Shown: positions 1 through 12,886 of the stretch, piece after piece
Position numbering within the stretch: position 1 is the stretch's first letter
Layout: every line of letters starts with the position of its first letter
Notes under the pieces: generated by a model
The model's database searches: none
Seen by the model: the letters and a program-made list of their open reading frames with translations, nothing else
Told to the model about the DNA's origin: nothing
Assembly (NCBI GenBank): GCA_024704765.1
Contig: JAKMXF010000323.1
Location: forward strand, 248,001-312,000
DNA: 64,000 bases
Reading direction: 5' to 3'
Source: Oopsacas minuta
Taxonomy: Eukaryota > Animalia > Porifera
Program-made: the position numbers and the translations under genes

Positions 1-217
1 AGGTATACTCAAATAATGTCACACATTATTAAGCAATTCTCACAAGAAAACGATATTTTAGCACCTTTTTCTGGCCTAAAATCACACATTTCCCGGTCGT
101 ATTTGGTTAATATATTTTGGTTAGTTGCATTTCTCTCTGATTTGTCTAGTTTGTGTAATTTGATTCCTTGTATGATCTTATATATATTTGAATAATATGA
201 ATTGTATAGCAATAATA

Positions 218-1443
218 ATGGCTACAGCTAATCCTATATTACCACAACCTGGAGAAGATAACTACGAGTTAGAAGTAAATCGAGTGAGAGAGAAGATTAA
301 AAGTACATTCTTAGAGTTAATCGACTGTCTAAAGGAAAGAGAGAGTAAATTGTTGAGAGAGTTAGATACAATTATGGATTGTTATCGCTCTTATAAAAGT
401 GAATTGACAAAGCTGAATGGAAAAAAGATTGCTCTAGAAAAATCCCAAAGTTTCCTACAACATGAGATACTCACTTCTCCTATAAAATGTGTTCATGAAG
501 ATTTGATTACTCGATTAGACACAGAACATGAATCAATTGAGTTTCCTAAACAACCTAGAATGGTTAGTTTCACTTGTGAAAACAACAAATTGTTAGATGA
601 AGTAAAGAAGTTGGGGAGGTTAGTGAGAAGCGGAATTGATTATACAAACAAGAAACAACCTCTAATGAGTGTTTGTGACAGAGGAACCGGAAATGAACAA
701 CTTAGCTTCCCACGGGATGTTACTGTGGATAACGAAACAGGAAATATTTGTGTAGCAGATACATGGAATGACTGTATTAAAGTATTTGATAGTACCGCTA
801 AGTATTTATTCAAATTCGGAGATCGTAGAGGTGAAGGAGTGATGAATTCTCCGAAATTTTTATCTATTTATGGAAATAGAGTTCTTATCTCTCAAGACCA
901 CTGTATCCTGAAATATACACTGGATGGAAAGTTCATTTCCAAAGTTGGTAAACAGGGAAATGGAGAACTTGAATTTGGCTATCTTTATGGTCTAACAATT
1001 GATGATTCAAATGAAGATATTTATATCTGTGACTGTTATAACAATCGTGTACAAATACTTACCAAAGACTTGTGCTACAAAACTAAATTCGGTACAAATA
1101 CACTCAAACGTCCTCTAAATGTGAAACTCTCTAAAGAATATATTTATGTGTTAGATACATCAAATCCTTGTATCCATCTCTTCAATCGTAACTTCATACT
1201 CCAGAAGAGCATTATTTCTCGAGGAAAAAGAAGGCAAGTGATATCTCCCTTGTTTTCTTTCTAGACATCTCTGACAATATTCTAATCTCAGATTATGGTT
1301 CTAATTCTATTTCTATTTTCAATTCTAAATATGAATGTATCCACACAATCTCTATTCCTGAACCAACAGGAATTACAGTAGATGATAAAGATAGAATTCT
1401 TGTTATGAGTCAAGCTGATGAGAATTGTCTACAGATATTCTAA
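218..1443 (+). pseudogene. Coiled-coil + NHL-repeat (TRIM-NHL-like beta-propeller) gene with a single 1-nt frameshift near 1250-1260
   Basis: ATG at 218 (MATANP...). NHL motifs PRDVTVD..GNICVAD, YGLTIDD..IYICD..NNRVQI. The ORF stops at 1264, but the shifted frame continues FLDISDNILISD...GITVDDKDRI...NCLQIF* (TAA 1441-1443), matching the paralog C-terminus. Versus the 33.1-kb paralog (atatctccctttttcttctttctagac) one base is missing. This could be an assembly error. Confidence 0.85.
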
Positions 1444-4400
1444 TACTCTTAGATATTTACTACTTTATGTTACCCATTTTCTACATTTTATTTGTTTTTT
1501 CCACTAAATATTTTGTCGTGTTTCCAGTAATGAATCTTTTCCTTACTTTTACTATTCCTTTCGTCTCTAATCCATAATACTTTCCATCCCTTAATGCCAC
1601 GGTCTTAACCTCTACACTAATGAACTCCTTCATATAGACAGCAATACAATATTTGGAATACTGTGGATCCTGCTCTCGTCCGTGGACAACCAAGGTTGGG
1701 AACCGCTGACTTGTTACTTAGTATACTTTGATTACACATCTTTCAAAAATGGCAAATCCATCAATATACTTTGGTCATAATCTGGCAACATCCTCTCACC
1801 TTTTGACTCTCTCATTTAAGTTCTCTAGAATATGCTGCGAATATTTTCCAAGTTCCCAATAGAAATCATACTACAGCACTATAGAATACATATAGGTGAT
1901 CTATGCAGCCAAAATCGATGGGTAGGGTTTTGCTGTGACCGCTGACCAAATAGGAAGACCTCTAGCAGTGAACGGAACTCTCCGAATGTAGTTGCCTCAT
2001 CTTTGTTTGGTATTTCAATTAGTATTGCTTATCCCATGCACTAATTGTATTGATGAAATGAGCTTTTCATCCTGTTGTGTGTCAGAATTGCTGCCGTAAT
2101 ACTGATACCATGGATATTCATAATCCATGTCAGAATTGCTACCACTGTTATATGACTTCTTTGATTATATATGCGGAAATTAGTTCCGATGTTTACTCTA
2201 ACTAGAATCCTACAGGTATTTGAGAACCAGGTTCACCACTAAGCAGGAAGTTCTTGTCTGCAATAGAATTGGATACAATTATGGATTTAGGAAAAAGAAT
2301 TCAGGGAATCGCGCCAGCCAGCTGGCTACATATGTCTTACCCGAATAAGAGACGGTTTAATACTGGAAGGTTGTAATATTTTTCAAAAATTGATATGTGG
2401 CCAAATTATTCGATACATTACATTTGCGATTGCCAACCTGGGATCCACAGAACCTTAAAATGTATACAAGAATATGTGTGGGGCACACAAAATATATTAT
2501 GAGTGGCATTATGATATGACAGGCTATTCCAAGGAATTAGTGTGACTACAAAGAGCTGGAAAATAGAACAGCAACAATAGTATAATGAGGATAATCAATT
2601 TGTACTCCTCATCTTCGAAGGTAATGATTAAATATATTTGTATTCATCTGTATCATAACAAGAAATCATGAGGTGTAATCGGTATTTCCATCCCTGCAGT
2701 CATTTAGTTCAGGTTGAAACTTTATTTATGTTGATATACGTAAACAGTGAAAGACTCGAATATGTTCGGGAATATTTCCCTGCACAACGTTGGCGTCAGG
2801 AATGTGACAACATTCCATTCTGAAATTTTGTCCTAACCCCATCGAGTGACCCCTCGTTCGACGCCACAAGGCTAGCTAATTCTAGTTTTACACATATCGC
2901 CCCTCCAAATGATATTGAAACACGGTTACTTGATCATAATTTACCTGTTCTATAATGCTGGATTTATTATCAAACCATTTCTATAGCCATAAATGTAAAT
3001 TTAACAGATTCAATAAATAGAAGGTGTATGCACTATGATGTCATAATTGTTAATGAATAGTCAATAATTATATCATTTGACAATTCAATGATCTATTAAA
3101 GTTTTCAAACTGAGTGCTTATGATTTACGAAAACTACATCAGTGTTTAACAACGTGTAAAGTTTTATCAGTATTTATATATTAACATAATTTCGCAATAC
3201 TAACTACTCACTAGAATTTCATAAAATAATGCTTAGCTATAAACTACGATATATTTGTTATATTAGAGGCGTAGGCATTAGTTCAAAAGTTAGTTCCTCG
3301 TTAGCAATCAATACATTACAGTTATTCAACTTGACTTTATAGTTTTGATGTGTCCAAGCCTCCTCAGGAGTACTGTTTGTTATCGTACATTACACTTTGC
3401 ACTAATAATAATTATTAATATTATTATTATTTGTTAGTTCGAATATACAGGAGACTGCTTAATAAGGTCACACTGGGACCAGGCTATTTTATTCCGATTC
3501 AGCTGAATAAAGGTGCTAGCCCGATTAACTGCAGTAAATTAACATTATTTGTATGGTTCTATTTCTGGCTCTTTGGCCCACTAAACCAATATTCTATTAA
3601 GCGGAGTCTACAGTTGTTTCAATTAATACCGAATACTAAGAGATGAATTAGATAGACTGGTGCTCAGGGTTGTTTGTTTTCAGGGGGCCGTGTAGATACC
3701 GGAATGCAGCGGGCGATTTTCTCAAAATCGGATACCCTGGGCCCCTGATTTTCTCAAAATTATACAACAATATTTTCCCCTGACAACATTCTAATTAAAG
3801 GTGTGAAATATGATTGATCACCGAAAAGGTGTGAAATATTCACTTTAGATAGAATTCATACTTAAGGTGCAAATCTCCGACCCAAAATGTATATGTATAT
3901 CAATTTTCATGTTAATCGGACAGCTAGATTCCGCACAACCACGCGGACGGACGTACCTATGTCGTACTTCGTCTATGCCATTAAAGCACCTCCCTATAGG
4001 AGCTGCACTAAAAATTATCGCACCACTACACAGATTATTTTTACACCATAAATACTTGTACAGCACTGCTTAAAGGTCATATTTGACCCCAAAATACTAG
4101 TACATATACTACACAGGGGTATATTTAAGTATTGCAGTTGCGGATCCAGAGGGGATAGGGGTATCCCTCGCCGGGATAAATATATAATTTATATATGGAA
4201 TCCTAGTGGCTTTGGAAACCCATGTCAATACACATTGGCTCAAATTGTATAATAGATTTCTGCTTGCCTCACTTGTATCTAACCCTAAATATCACGTACT
4301 ATTACCCTAATCTCAGGTATATACCATACACATTGGACTAATCTACGCAAGGAAGTTGCGTGAACTCTAACTGTGGGTCTGTACAGGTATTATGAACAAG

Positions 4401-5665
4401 ACAACACATTCTTTGCTTATTAAACTTTTGTCCAAGTTATGTATCTAATTCATTTGAATATTACCTTGTGCTAATGTATACAACATATTCTTATACATAA
4501 TGAATGCAACTGTAGAGTCAATCGAAATCTTTCCACCTAATGTGTATTACGTAGTTAAAAGAAATAATTTCGAGATTCGAAGTTACCTAACAGTAAAAGC
4601 CAACTAATGTTGTGTAGAATAGGGCTTGTTGTCCAGGGGATTCGCTCCTAGACCCACTAGGGGGATTACAGCGTCCCCAGACCAACAGCTGGATTATTAT
4701 CCAAATCGGGCTTATACTATTATCAGCAATGGTGAGTTTTGTTATATCATTGAGGGTTTTCGACTGATAAATAGCATAGTTTTTGCTTTTTTTGTTGGAG
4801 ACAGGATGGTCTACATATCTGTAATACATTTACTTGGGAATAAAAGTCAATACTCGTGTCTTGAAAACCCCAAGAAATTCCAATTTGCAATTACATAAGG
4901 AGAGGTTTAGTTTATTCAAATTTGATTCTAACCAGCACCTAGGTTGCCATTGCTACGATGCAAATATCCAGCAATTGATTCACATGAATCACGTGTTTAA
5001 ATCGGTTGCTGTTTAGAAACCCCTCCTTACTGTGATTTGATTTAATCGAAATACGTAAAGTTCTTGAGGTTCATATAATTGAGTTCGTATTCTCTTATTT
5101 CTCTATTCAGTTTCACAATATATTCCCATTAATTATATGGAATATTAGGAGTTAGCACTAAAGTCCTCCTATAGTCTAAAAACACGACTCAAATCCTGCA
5201 GGTGTGCACTGATAACATCCATTTATCCTATTAACATCCTACTACATCTAATTAGAACCTAGCTTACACATATTATAAGTAGTAATTAAAATATTAATGT
5301 CGGCTAATCTGATTCAGACATCCGCGTTCTATGCGATTGATTCCTTGAAGACACTGCAAAACGAAAACGCACAAATATAAAACAGTAATTCTCATAGAAC
5401 ATTAGAAACCCTGATTAGCTGAGCGTTCAGAATTATTCCGATCTAATAAGTATATATAAGTACTATGGAGAAATGTAGGAATAATAACTAAACTGTCCAA
5501 GTGTACATAGATTACTATTATTGTAAAAGATACTTATTTCGTAGTATTGTTGTATGACAGAACAAATCCCTTGTATTAGTATAACCATGGATATTTCTAC
5601 TATGCAGAACAACTACCTATGACATTTCTACTACTTCCTTGATATGACTTGCCACTTTTTTAGTT

Positions 5666-5817
5666 ACTATTACACGGTTACAAAGCAATTTATCTTGTAA
5701 TTTATTGCTCATTTCCTTCTAAGTACCCATCATGTTTTAGAAGTTTCTTAGTTATTCATTAATAAGCTTTAATGTAATTACCAGTATACACGAAACGAAC
5801 TTGTAACATTGTATTAC

Positions 5818-5860
<43 letters not shown>

Positions 5861-6321
5861 GTAGTAATGATAACATTCGGTGATGTTTCATTTTATTGAA
5901 TAATATGGGGCCTGCAATGGTTATATTTTATGTTGCTTTAAGTTAATTTATCTTATTAGTTATTCATTTTTAGGCAAAATATTAGATCTCAAAATCTCAG
6001 GGGGACCATGGCTCCCAAACCCCTCCTTGTATCCGCCCCTGGTAGAATGTACAAGGTAGATTTTAAATCTCATTAATTTGAAATTGTTTCGTACTCGATA
6101 TAGTCTATACTACTGTGAAAAGGAATTGTATTTTATGTTTTACTGTGTTTCTCTAGCTACTGACAAAGCTTTTATGCTACTGAAACCACTACAGTATACT
6201 GACACACCGCTACATAAAATATAACCAATGCAGGCCCCATATTATTCAATAAAATGAAACATCACCGATTATCATAATATAATAATAATAATAATAATAT
6301 AATAATAATAATAATAATAAT

Positions 6322-6418
<97 letters not shown>

Positions 6419-6575
6419 GTAATACAATGTTACAAGTTCGTTTCGTGTATACTGATAATTACATTATAGTTTATTAATGAATAACTAAGAAACTTCTAAA
6501 ACATGATGGGTACTTAGATTGGAAGGAAATGAGCAATAAATTACAAGATAAATTGCTTTGTAACCGTGTAATAGT
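5666..6575. repeat. Long inverted repeat (foldback), each arm containing an (ATT)/(AAT) microsatellite; right arm runs into the gap
   Basis: 5666-~5933 is the reverse complement of ~6212-6575 (e.g. tacacgaaacgaacttgtaacattg / caatgttacaagttcgtttcgtgta). There are a few substitutions and different microsatellite lengths (5818-5860 vs ~6275-6417). Confidence 0.85.
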
Positions 6576-7306
6576 NNNNNNNNNNNNNNNNNNNNNNNNN
6601 NNNNNNNNNNNNNNNNNNNNNNNNNNNNNNNNNNNNNNNNNNNNNNNNNNNNNNNNNNNNNNNNNNNNNNNNNNNNNNNNNNNNNNNNNNNNNNNNNNNN
6701 NNNNNNNNNNNNNNNNNNNNNNNNNNNNNNNNNNNNNNNNNNNNNNNNNNNNNNNNNNNNNNNNNNNNNNNNNNNNNNNNNNNNNNNNNNNNNNNNNNNN
6801 NNNNNNNNNNNNNNNNNNNNNNNNNNNNNNNNNNNNNNNNNNNNNNNNNNNNNNNNNNNNNNNNNNNNNNNNNNNNNNNNNNNNNNNNNNNNNNNNNNNN
6901 NNNNNNNNNNNNNNNNNNNNNNNNNNNNNNNNNNNNNNNNNNNNNNNNNNNNNNNNNNNNNNNNNNNNNNNNNNNNNNNNNNNNNNNNNNNNNNNNNNNN
7001 NNNNNNNNNNNNNNNNNNNNNNNNNNNNNNNNNNNNNNNNNNNNNNNNNNNNNNNNNNNNNNNNNNNNNNNNNNNNNNNNNNNNNNNNNNNNNNNNNNNN
7101 NNNNNNNNNNNNNNNNNNNNNNNNNNNNNNNNNNNNNNNNNNNNNNNNNNNNNNNNNNNNNNNNNNNNNNNNNNNNNNNNNNNNNNNNNNNNNNNNNNNN
7201 NNNNNNNNNNNNNNNNNNNNNNNNNNNNNNNNNNNNNNNNNNNNNNNNNNNNNNNNNNNNNNNNNNNNNNNNNNNNNNNNNNNNNNNNNNNNNNNNNNNN
7301 NNNNNA
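6576..7306. other. Assembly gap (731 N)
   Basis: Run of n characters. Confidence 1.
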
Positions 7307-7340
7307 GCTTGTATAGTACTAATAATTAAGTGATATATAC

Positions 7341-7359
7341 CTGTCTCTTATACACATCT
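7341..7359 (+). other. Nextera/Tn5 mosaic-end adapter contamination
   Basis: Exact CTGTCTCTTATACACATCT, starting 34 bp after the gap. Confidence 0.95.
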
Positions 7360-7718
7360 CACAATGGGTCAACAGCGGTTAACTGATATTGCAATTGTTT
7401 CAATTGAAAAGACTTAACAATCCCCAATTATCTTTAGATGATATTGTAACTGAATTTACAAGAAAGCATAAAAATAGGAGAATAATGTTAGTATAAGTGG
7501 ATATGTTAATTTGATTAGAGGATTCTAGATATACTCTGTATTATACGTTTCCTATATACTTATATCCTTTCATATTTATTGACTAAAATGATAAACCAAA
7601 TAATTCAATCTTTGTTGAGCAAATCTATTATTCTTATTATGGCATACATTGTATGTGTGGACTAAATCCAATCCAGGTCGTGTGCCCGGGCAATCACTCA
7701 AGGCTGGCTACGCAACTG
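7360..7718 (+). mobile_element. 3' end of a hAT (ZMYM1-like) transposon
   Basis: Reads TMGQQRLTDIAIVSIEK...LDDIVTEFTRKHKNRRIMLV*, typical of the hATC dimerisation tail. It is followed by the terminus ctggctacgcaactg (revcomp CAGTTGCGTAGCCAG). Confidence 0.65.
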
Positions 7719-8087
7719 GCGGACAGTAAATAGAAATACAGTGGTTATCACTTATAAGAGCAAAGTATGTCTTATAACAGGTAAAATTAAATATTCAGGA
7801 ATATATGAGAACCGTTTTCCAGGGTTGATGCTTATTCCTAGCAAGATCTTGAAAGTTAATACTATAAAATAATTGATAGAGATCTCCCCTAATTGTAACA
7901 AAGTTCCCGATACTGATCAAATACAGAGGAGACGACTGTGTATACAGTGTTGTCACACGTGAAATATTTCCCAATTCCAAATCCATCCGCCTAGGGCACT
8001 ATACAATCTCTGCGCCCCTACGAAGCGGTACAAGTCTGTGGGCTGGATATTGTATTTGTTATTGTTGGTTTTATTATGTATTTAGAA

Positions 8088-8384
8088 TATCGACTAAATC
8101 GTCAGGATTTTAAAATTCACTAGATAACCAAGTTTTTCACCAAAAATACGAATCAAATCAGGCAATTATTTGGGAAAAGAGCAGAGAAATTTCTGAGATT
8201 TCAAATTCTTCACAAGATTTACAATTTCGTGATAATCTATGTATCCTGGCTATGTCTCTGAATGGGAGTTATTCGTTATTCCCATGGATATTATTGTTAA
8301 TACGAAGTATATAAATTGACGCTGTCCTATTAACGTTGCACTGTTATTCATAAACCCATTGTCTCTATCGATTATATACAGTCA
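8088..8384 (+). repeat. ~300-bp repeat, inverted copy of 14073-14371
   Basis: e.g. cccatggatattattgttaatacgaagtatataaat is the reverse complement of atttatatacttcgtattaacaataatatccatggg at ~14140-14175. Confidence 0.8.
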
Positions 8385-8784
8385 TATACAGAATATTTCT
8401 GTATATATCTATAGCTATGCTTCGTAAAACCAAGTAGGATATTACACAAATACTGTTAAATGGGGAGTATGACTTTTTGTACACATATAACTGTACCCAA
8501 ACGTTGCATTAGCTGCGTTTAGTACGACATTTGTGTACAGTTCTGTTGCATAGATTAGTGAGGCACGTAGAATATTGAGGCACTGTATACATAGACCATG
8601 GATGAATATCTACCGTAGAATATTGAGGCACGGAAAGAGAGGGAGAAACTATATACAGAATATGTAGTTATCATTATGCGGTTTATATGTAGTATTGACG
8701 TAATAATGACTGACACATTTGTGACCAAGATAGCTTTCTCGAATTCGCATATAAATAGTAAATAATTTTCAAGTGACAATAAAG

Positions 8785-11700
8785 ATGGAAGTATTTTATG
8801 AAGAAATTGTAAAGTTTTTAAAAGTTGGAACATATCCTGAACCTGACGGAGTTTCCTCTGCAAAAAGATGGAATTTTAGAAGAAAAGTTTCACGATATTT
8901 TCTCGGTGAAGATAACAAACTTTACAAGGTAAAACCTCAATATTATTTATAATCTACAGTTGTGTTCGCCAAATAGCAAGTGGCACCTTGCTGAAAATTT
9001 GCTTGCAAATAGGCGAACACTACTGTATATAAATATTTATGTTATTGATGCAATATCATATGAACAATAAATTAGAAAGTGGACATCAATGGTTCAACAG
9101 TTGATTTGGAAGTCCCGTGTGAAACGGAAAGAAATGATATAATCAAAAAACATCATGATCAAGTTGGTCACCCTGGAATCAATGCCACTGTTGATTCCAT
9201 ACAGCAACAATATACATGGAAAGGCTTATATACACATATCATTGATTATGTAAGTAACTTACTTGAGTACAGTTCATTCTCAATATTTCCGAAATTGAAG
9301 GAATAATATTATTATTATTATTATGAATATTTTATTATTATTGAGAGTTTGATAAACTTGTATGCTTCCCTAAAAATCCTTTTTCTTAAATTCAGAGTAC
9401 ATAATTTGATATTCATTGAAAATTTAATATACTAGGTGGCTTCTTGTAAGATATGCCAAATGACAGCAACAATTCCAAAATCAACCAAGAAACTTCAACC
9501 CATTCAACCTCCTTCTAGAACATGGAAACACTTAGGCATGGACTTGATTTGTGACCTCCCTGTGAGTTCCGAAGGATTTAAGCATGTTCTTGTCACAGTT
9601 TGCTACTTAAGCAACTTCGTAGTTGTAAGACCCCTTAAGAGGAAAACTTCTGAAGAAGTTATTCAAAATCTTCAAGATATCTATGCTATAATGGGATTAC
9701 CGGATATTATTCAACATGACAAAGGCCCGGAGTTTACAATCAGTCTAAGTGATATTAGAACTTAATATATCTGAAATTGCTTAATTAATAAATATATTTT
9801 CTTTAGCTGTTTCAGGAATTCCATTGCAAACTACCCATTGACAACCGTAGTACTAGAGCTTGTCATCCTATGGCTAACGGTTTGGTAGAGGCACACAATA
9901 AGATCTTGAAAACGTAAGTTATAATTCCGCAGATTAGATCGGCAAGTTACTCAGTGTAATAAAGATATTGAATAACTATTACTTATTCATCTTAGGAAGT
10001 TAACAAAGATGGAAGTCCAGACAGGCAATCACTGGTCCCAATTACTCAAGCTCGCATGTCTCACTATGAATTCTACAAAGAAGAAGTCACATGGACAAAC
10101 TCCTTTTAATGTAATGTGGGGACGGGAGTCAAAACATGTGGATCTGTTGTCTACATATCCAAACCTGGCTATTGATCCTATAGAAGACTTTGAACATGAA
10201 GACGCTATATTTAGAGAAATTCTATTGCAGCAGCCAAAAAATGACTATATAGACGATCAAGAAGAATTTTCCCCGCCATGTTCTGAGCCAGGAGAAGAAT
10301 TAAGCTGTATCTATGAAACTCGAGACACACGATTCAAATCTGCTGCAGAACTCAGACAAAAACTGCAATATGATAAAAAGTCAATACCAATGGGTGAGCT
10401 TTCCTATAATTTCTTGATATTAGTGCTATATCTAACCCATTAAATTTAGGTCTTCAATAAAGATAGGTGATAGGGTCATTTACACAAACATGAGCAAATT
10501 AAAACGGTTGCCAAACACGAAAAATAAACCAAAATTTTTTGGACCTCACACAGTCTGTAAAGTCACTGAGAGCCACATTACTATTTGTGAAAATATCTCA
10601 GGAGCTAAGAAAAACAAAAACATACCAATTGACCTCGTTGGTTTGTATACAGAACGAAAAACCAAAATCCCTCAGACAAGCTAACCCAATGGAAATTAAT
10701 CACATTCCTTCCAAGGTATGCGAGTTTATTGTATAAATCCTGAAATTATCACAATTACTTACATACTTTAGATGTTGCAATGAAACTTTATGGATTTTCT
10801 AGAGAAAGAATACTTCATCACCTCAATAATCTCAAGGTTGGTACATTTGTATCAGTAGATCCTCACTAAATAATTAAAGAGTTCCGAATAGGTTTAGTAT
10901 GAAATATGAAAAAAATCAAGAGTAACCTGGCCTGGCGGATGCGGCCAGGCATTTGTTCTCCACTTGTATTGCCGCCATCGGACTTGTGTTTGAATATATT
11001 TTACCCATTTCTAATCTAACTTTAGATAGTTTTGAAACAAAATATTGAGCGACACACCTACATGACACCACTGCATGAGGAACTTCATAAAAATCTCAAG
11101 GTATTCCACACCTATACCTGCAATACTCTCCTGTTTGAATTCCTACTCGATTGTAAAGAATACGAAATAGTAAGTTTGATTTCTTGGTATTTGTATAATT
11201 ACACGAAGTTATAGTGTTTGCTCAAATCTATTGTTAGTGAAATACGCATAATAAATGATGTAACAATGACATATACACATTGTAGTTCTTTCTCTTGAAC
11301 ATTTGTATATGAATTCATTAGTATTCAGCAACAAGAGAAGTTTGATATATGTTTAGTGAAGAAATATACATATGATTGTCTTATCCCAATACAGCGATCC
11401 CAATACTATTTGTATTTTTTGAATACTTTTAATCTTGTAAATATGTATATTATTCACAATAGAGCGGAATCAAAATGAATGATTTTATTGAATTATAGAA
11501 GAGAGATATTACTGACACTTAACTCGATTGGACAACAGAGTTATATCCTCATTTTACAAACACCCAAGCTGCCAAATACACACACAAAGTAGTGTTCTTT
11601 CTAGTAAGTTGATCCAAATTTGCATTAGCATTGAGTATATACATCCATATTGTAATAGTTATAATGATAATCTGTTTAGGCAATGGAGTACTTAAATTTG

Positions 11701-12361
11701 ATGTTATGGCAAACATTCCCAGAAAACATCTCTACCTATATCCCTTTATCTGATTCAAGTCCAATCATATCTGTGGTCAATGAAGAATGGCTTCGTGATA
11801 ATTGCAAGTTTCTGGGACTGGTGTTTATATCCACCATCAAGCAACCACAAAACCTAGCCGGACTGTCACTCAGTAAATATACACCATGGGAAACTGAAAG
11901 AATAGTCGGTGATGGGGACTGTCTTTTCCGAAGTATTTCTAAAATATTAACTGGTGACCAGACAAGTCACTTAGAAATTCGCTCTACGATTGCACACTTT
12001 ATCGCCAGTGAGGGAGTAACCAGAATTGGTTGGTATTTTAAACAGAAAGTAACTCATCCTTGTAAATACTTCATGAATGAACACCTTGTGTCTCAAAAAG
12101 GAACTTGGGTAGCGATGTGGAAATAATAGCATTGTCTAATATTCTTACGTCGATGTGTATGTTGCAAACAACTGCTATGGAAATCAAGGCAACTTAACTC
12201 GGGAAGTTCGCTGGAGCTTGCTCAGAGGCTCTAAGAAACCAACAACCGCACTTTGCGTTTGTAATTATTGTAATCATTATGAGCCAGTCACTTCTGTGAT
12301 TGAGAGTTCCACACCTACTTATGGCGAAACTTCAGAAGAATCAACAAATATACAAGAATGA
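8785..12361 (+). pseudogene. Multi-exon Ginger integrase-OTU gene, frameshifted
   Basis: Exons 8785-8928 (MEVFYEEIVKFLKVGTYP..KRWNFRR..Y..LYK, YPYY-like), 9076-9249 (HHDQVGHPG, HH of zinc finger), 9436-~9740 (CKIC; GMDL, QHDKG), 9807-9913 (HPMANGLVE), 9996-~10393 (TPFNVMWGR), 10450-10715 (IGD..GPH, GPY/F-like), further small exons, then OTU (GDGDCLFRS...WG-SDVEI..NHYE) at 11683-12361 with two frameshifts. Canonical GT-AG in matching phase for introns 1, 2 and 4. The donor of intron 3 and some later phases are unresolved. Confidence 0.85.
8957..9025. mobile_element. 69-bp TA-flanked mini-MITE inside Ginger intron 1
   Basis: TA|CAGTTGTGTTCGCC...GGCGAACACTACTG|TA. Confidence 0.6.
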
Positions 12362-12886
12362 AGAAAATACAATCAATTAGTCATTATTTTGTGCTGGTAT
12401 CAGGTGTTTTTGTGTGTTAGTAGAGTAATATCATAAATTACAAGATTGTATTCTAATCGTGTAATAACAAGTTAAATTTTGTTCATTACAGTATAACCCT
12501 CACTAATGTAAACGTCAGAAACCATCAAAATTCCTTTATCTTATCCAAAGTTTGTATTAACCATTGTGAAATCAGTTGGAAAGTATTGAAAGACCAAATT
12601 TTGGAAAATTACTTGCTTGCTTAACCAGGAGATTCGTATTGACCGTGTTTGTAATAATAATTAATGAGGTTTCACTGTATGTGTTGTCAAAAACAAGTAT
12701 ATTTTCAAGTCATGATTGAAATACGTAAATACTATTAATAAAAGAAAACCGCATGATGATAACTACATATTCTGTATATAGTTTCTCCCTCTGTTACCGT
12801 GCCTCAATATTCTACAGTAGATATTCATCCATGGTCTATGCATACAGTGCCTCAATATTCTACGTGCCTCACTAGTCTATGCAACA

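Larger units (their letters stand above)
8544..12886 (+). mobile_element. Ginger1-type DNA transposon (4343 bp): intron-containing Gypsy-like integrase with C-terminal OTU domain
   Basis: 141-bp TIRs 8544-8684 / 12746-12886 (TGTTGCATAG...CTATGCAACA, 6 mismatches) with an internal duplicated GTAGAATATTGAGGCAC. No RT, RNase H or LTR. The flanks gttc/ggac do not form a TSD. Confidence 0.9.

Noticed and set aside
1481-5016. Short ORFs of 60-90 aa
   Set aside because: No recognisable motifs; lengths expected by chance; several overlap repeat fragments.
4135-6041. Single element bounded by CAGTTGCGGATCC / GTATCCGCCCCTG
   Set aside because: The flanks do not match as a TSD. These are probably independent fragments of a common GC-rich MITE end, also seen near 14810, 25860, 28195 and 34000.
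6529-7329. 266-aa ORF in the track
   Set aside because: Almost entirely X from the N gap.
7341-7359. Tn5/IS50 end as evidence of horizontal transfer
   Set aside because: It is the engineered mosaic end used in Nextera libraries, next to a gap, with no transposase.
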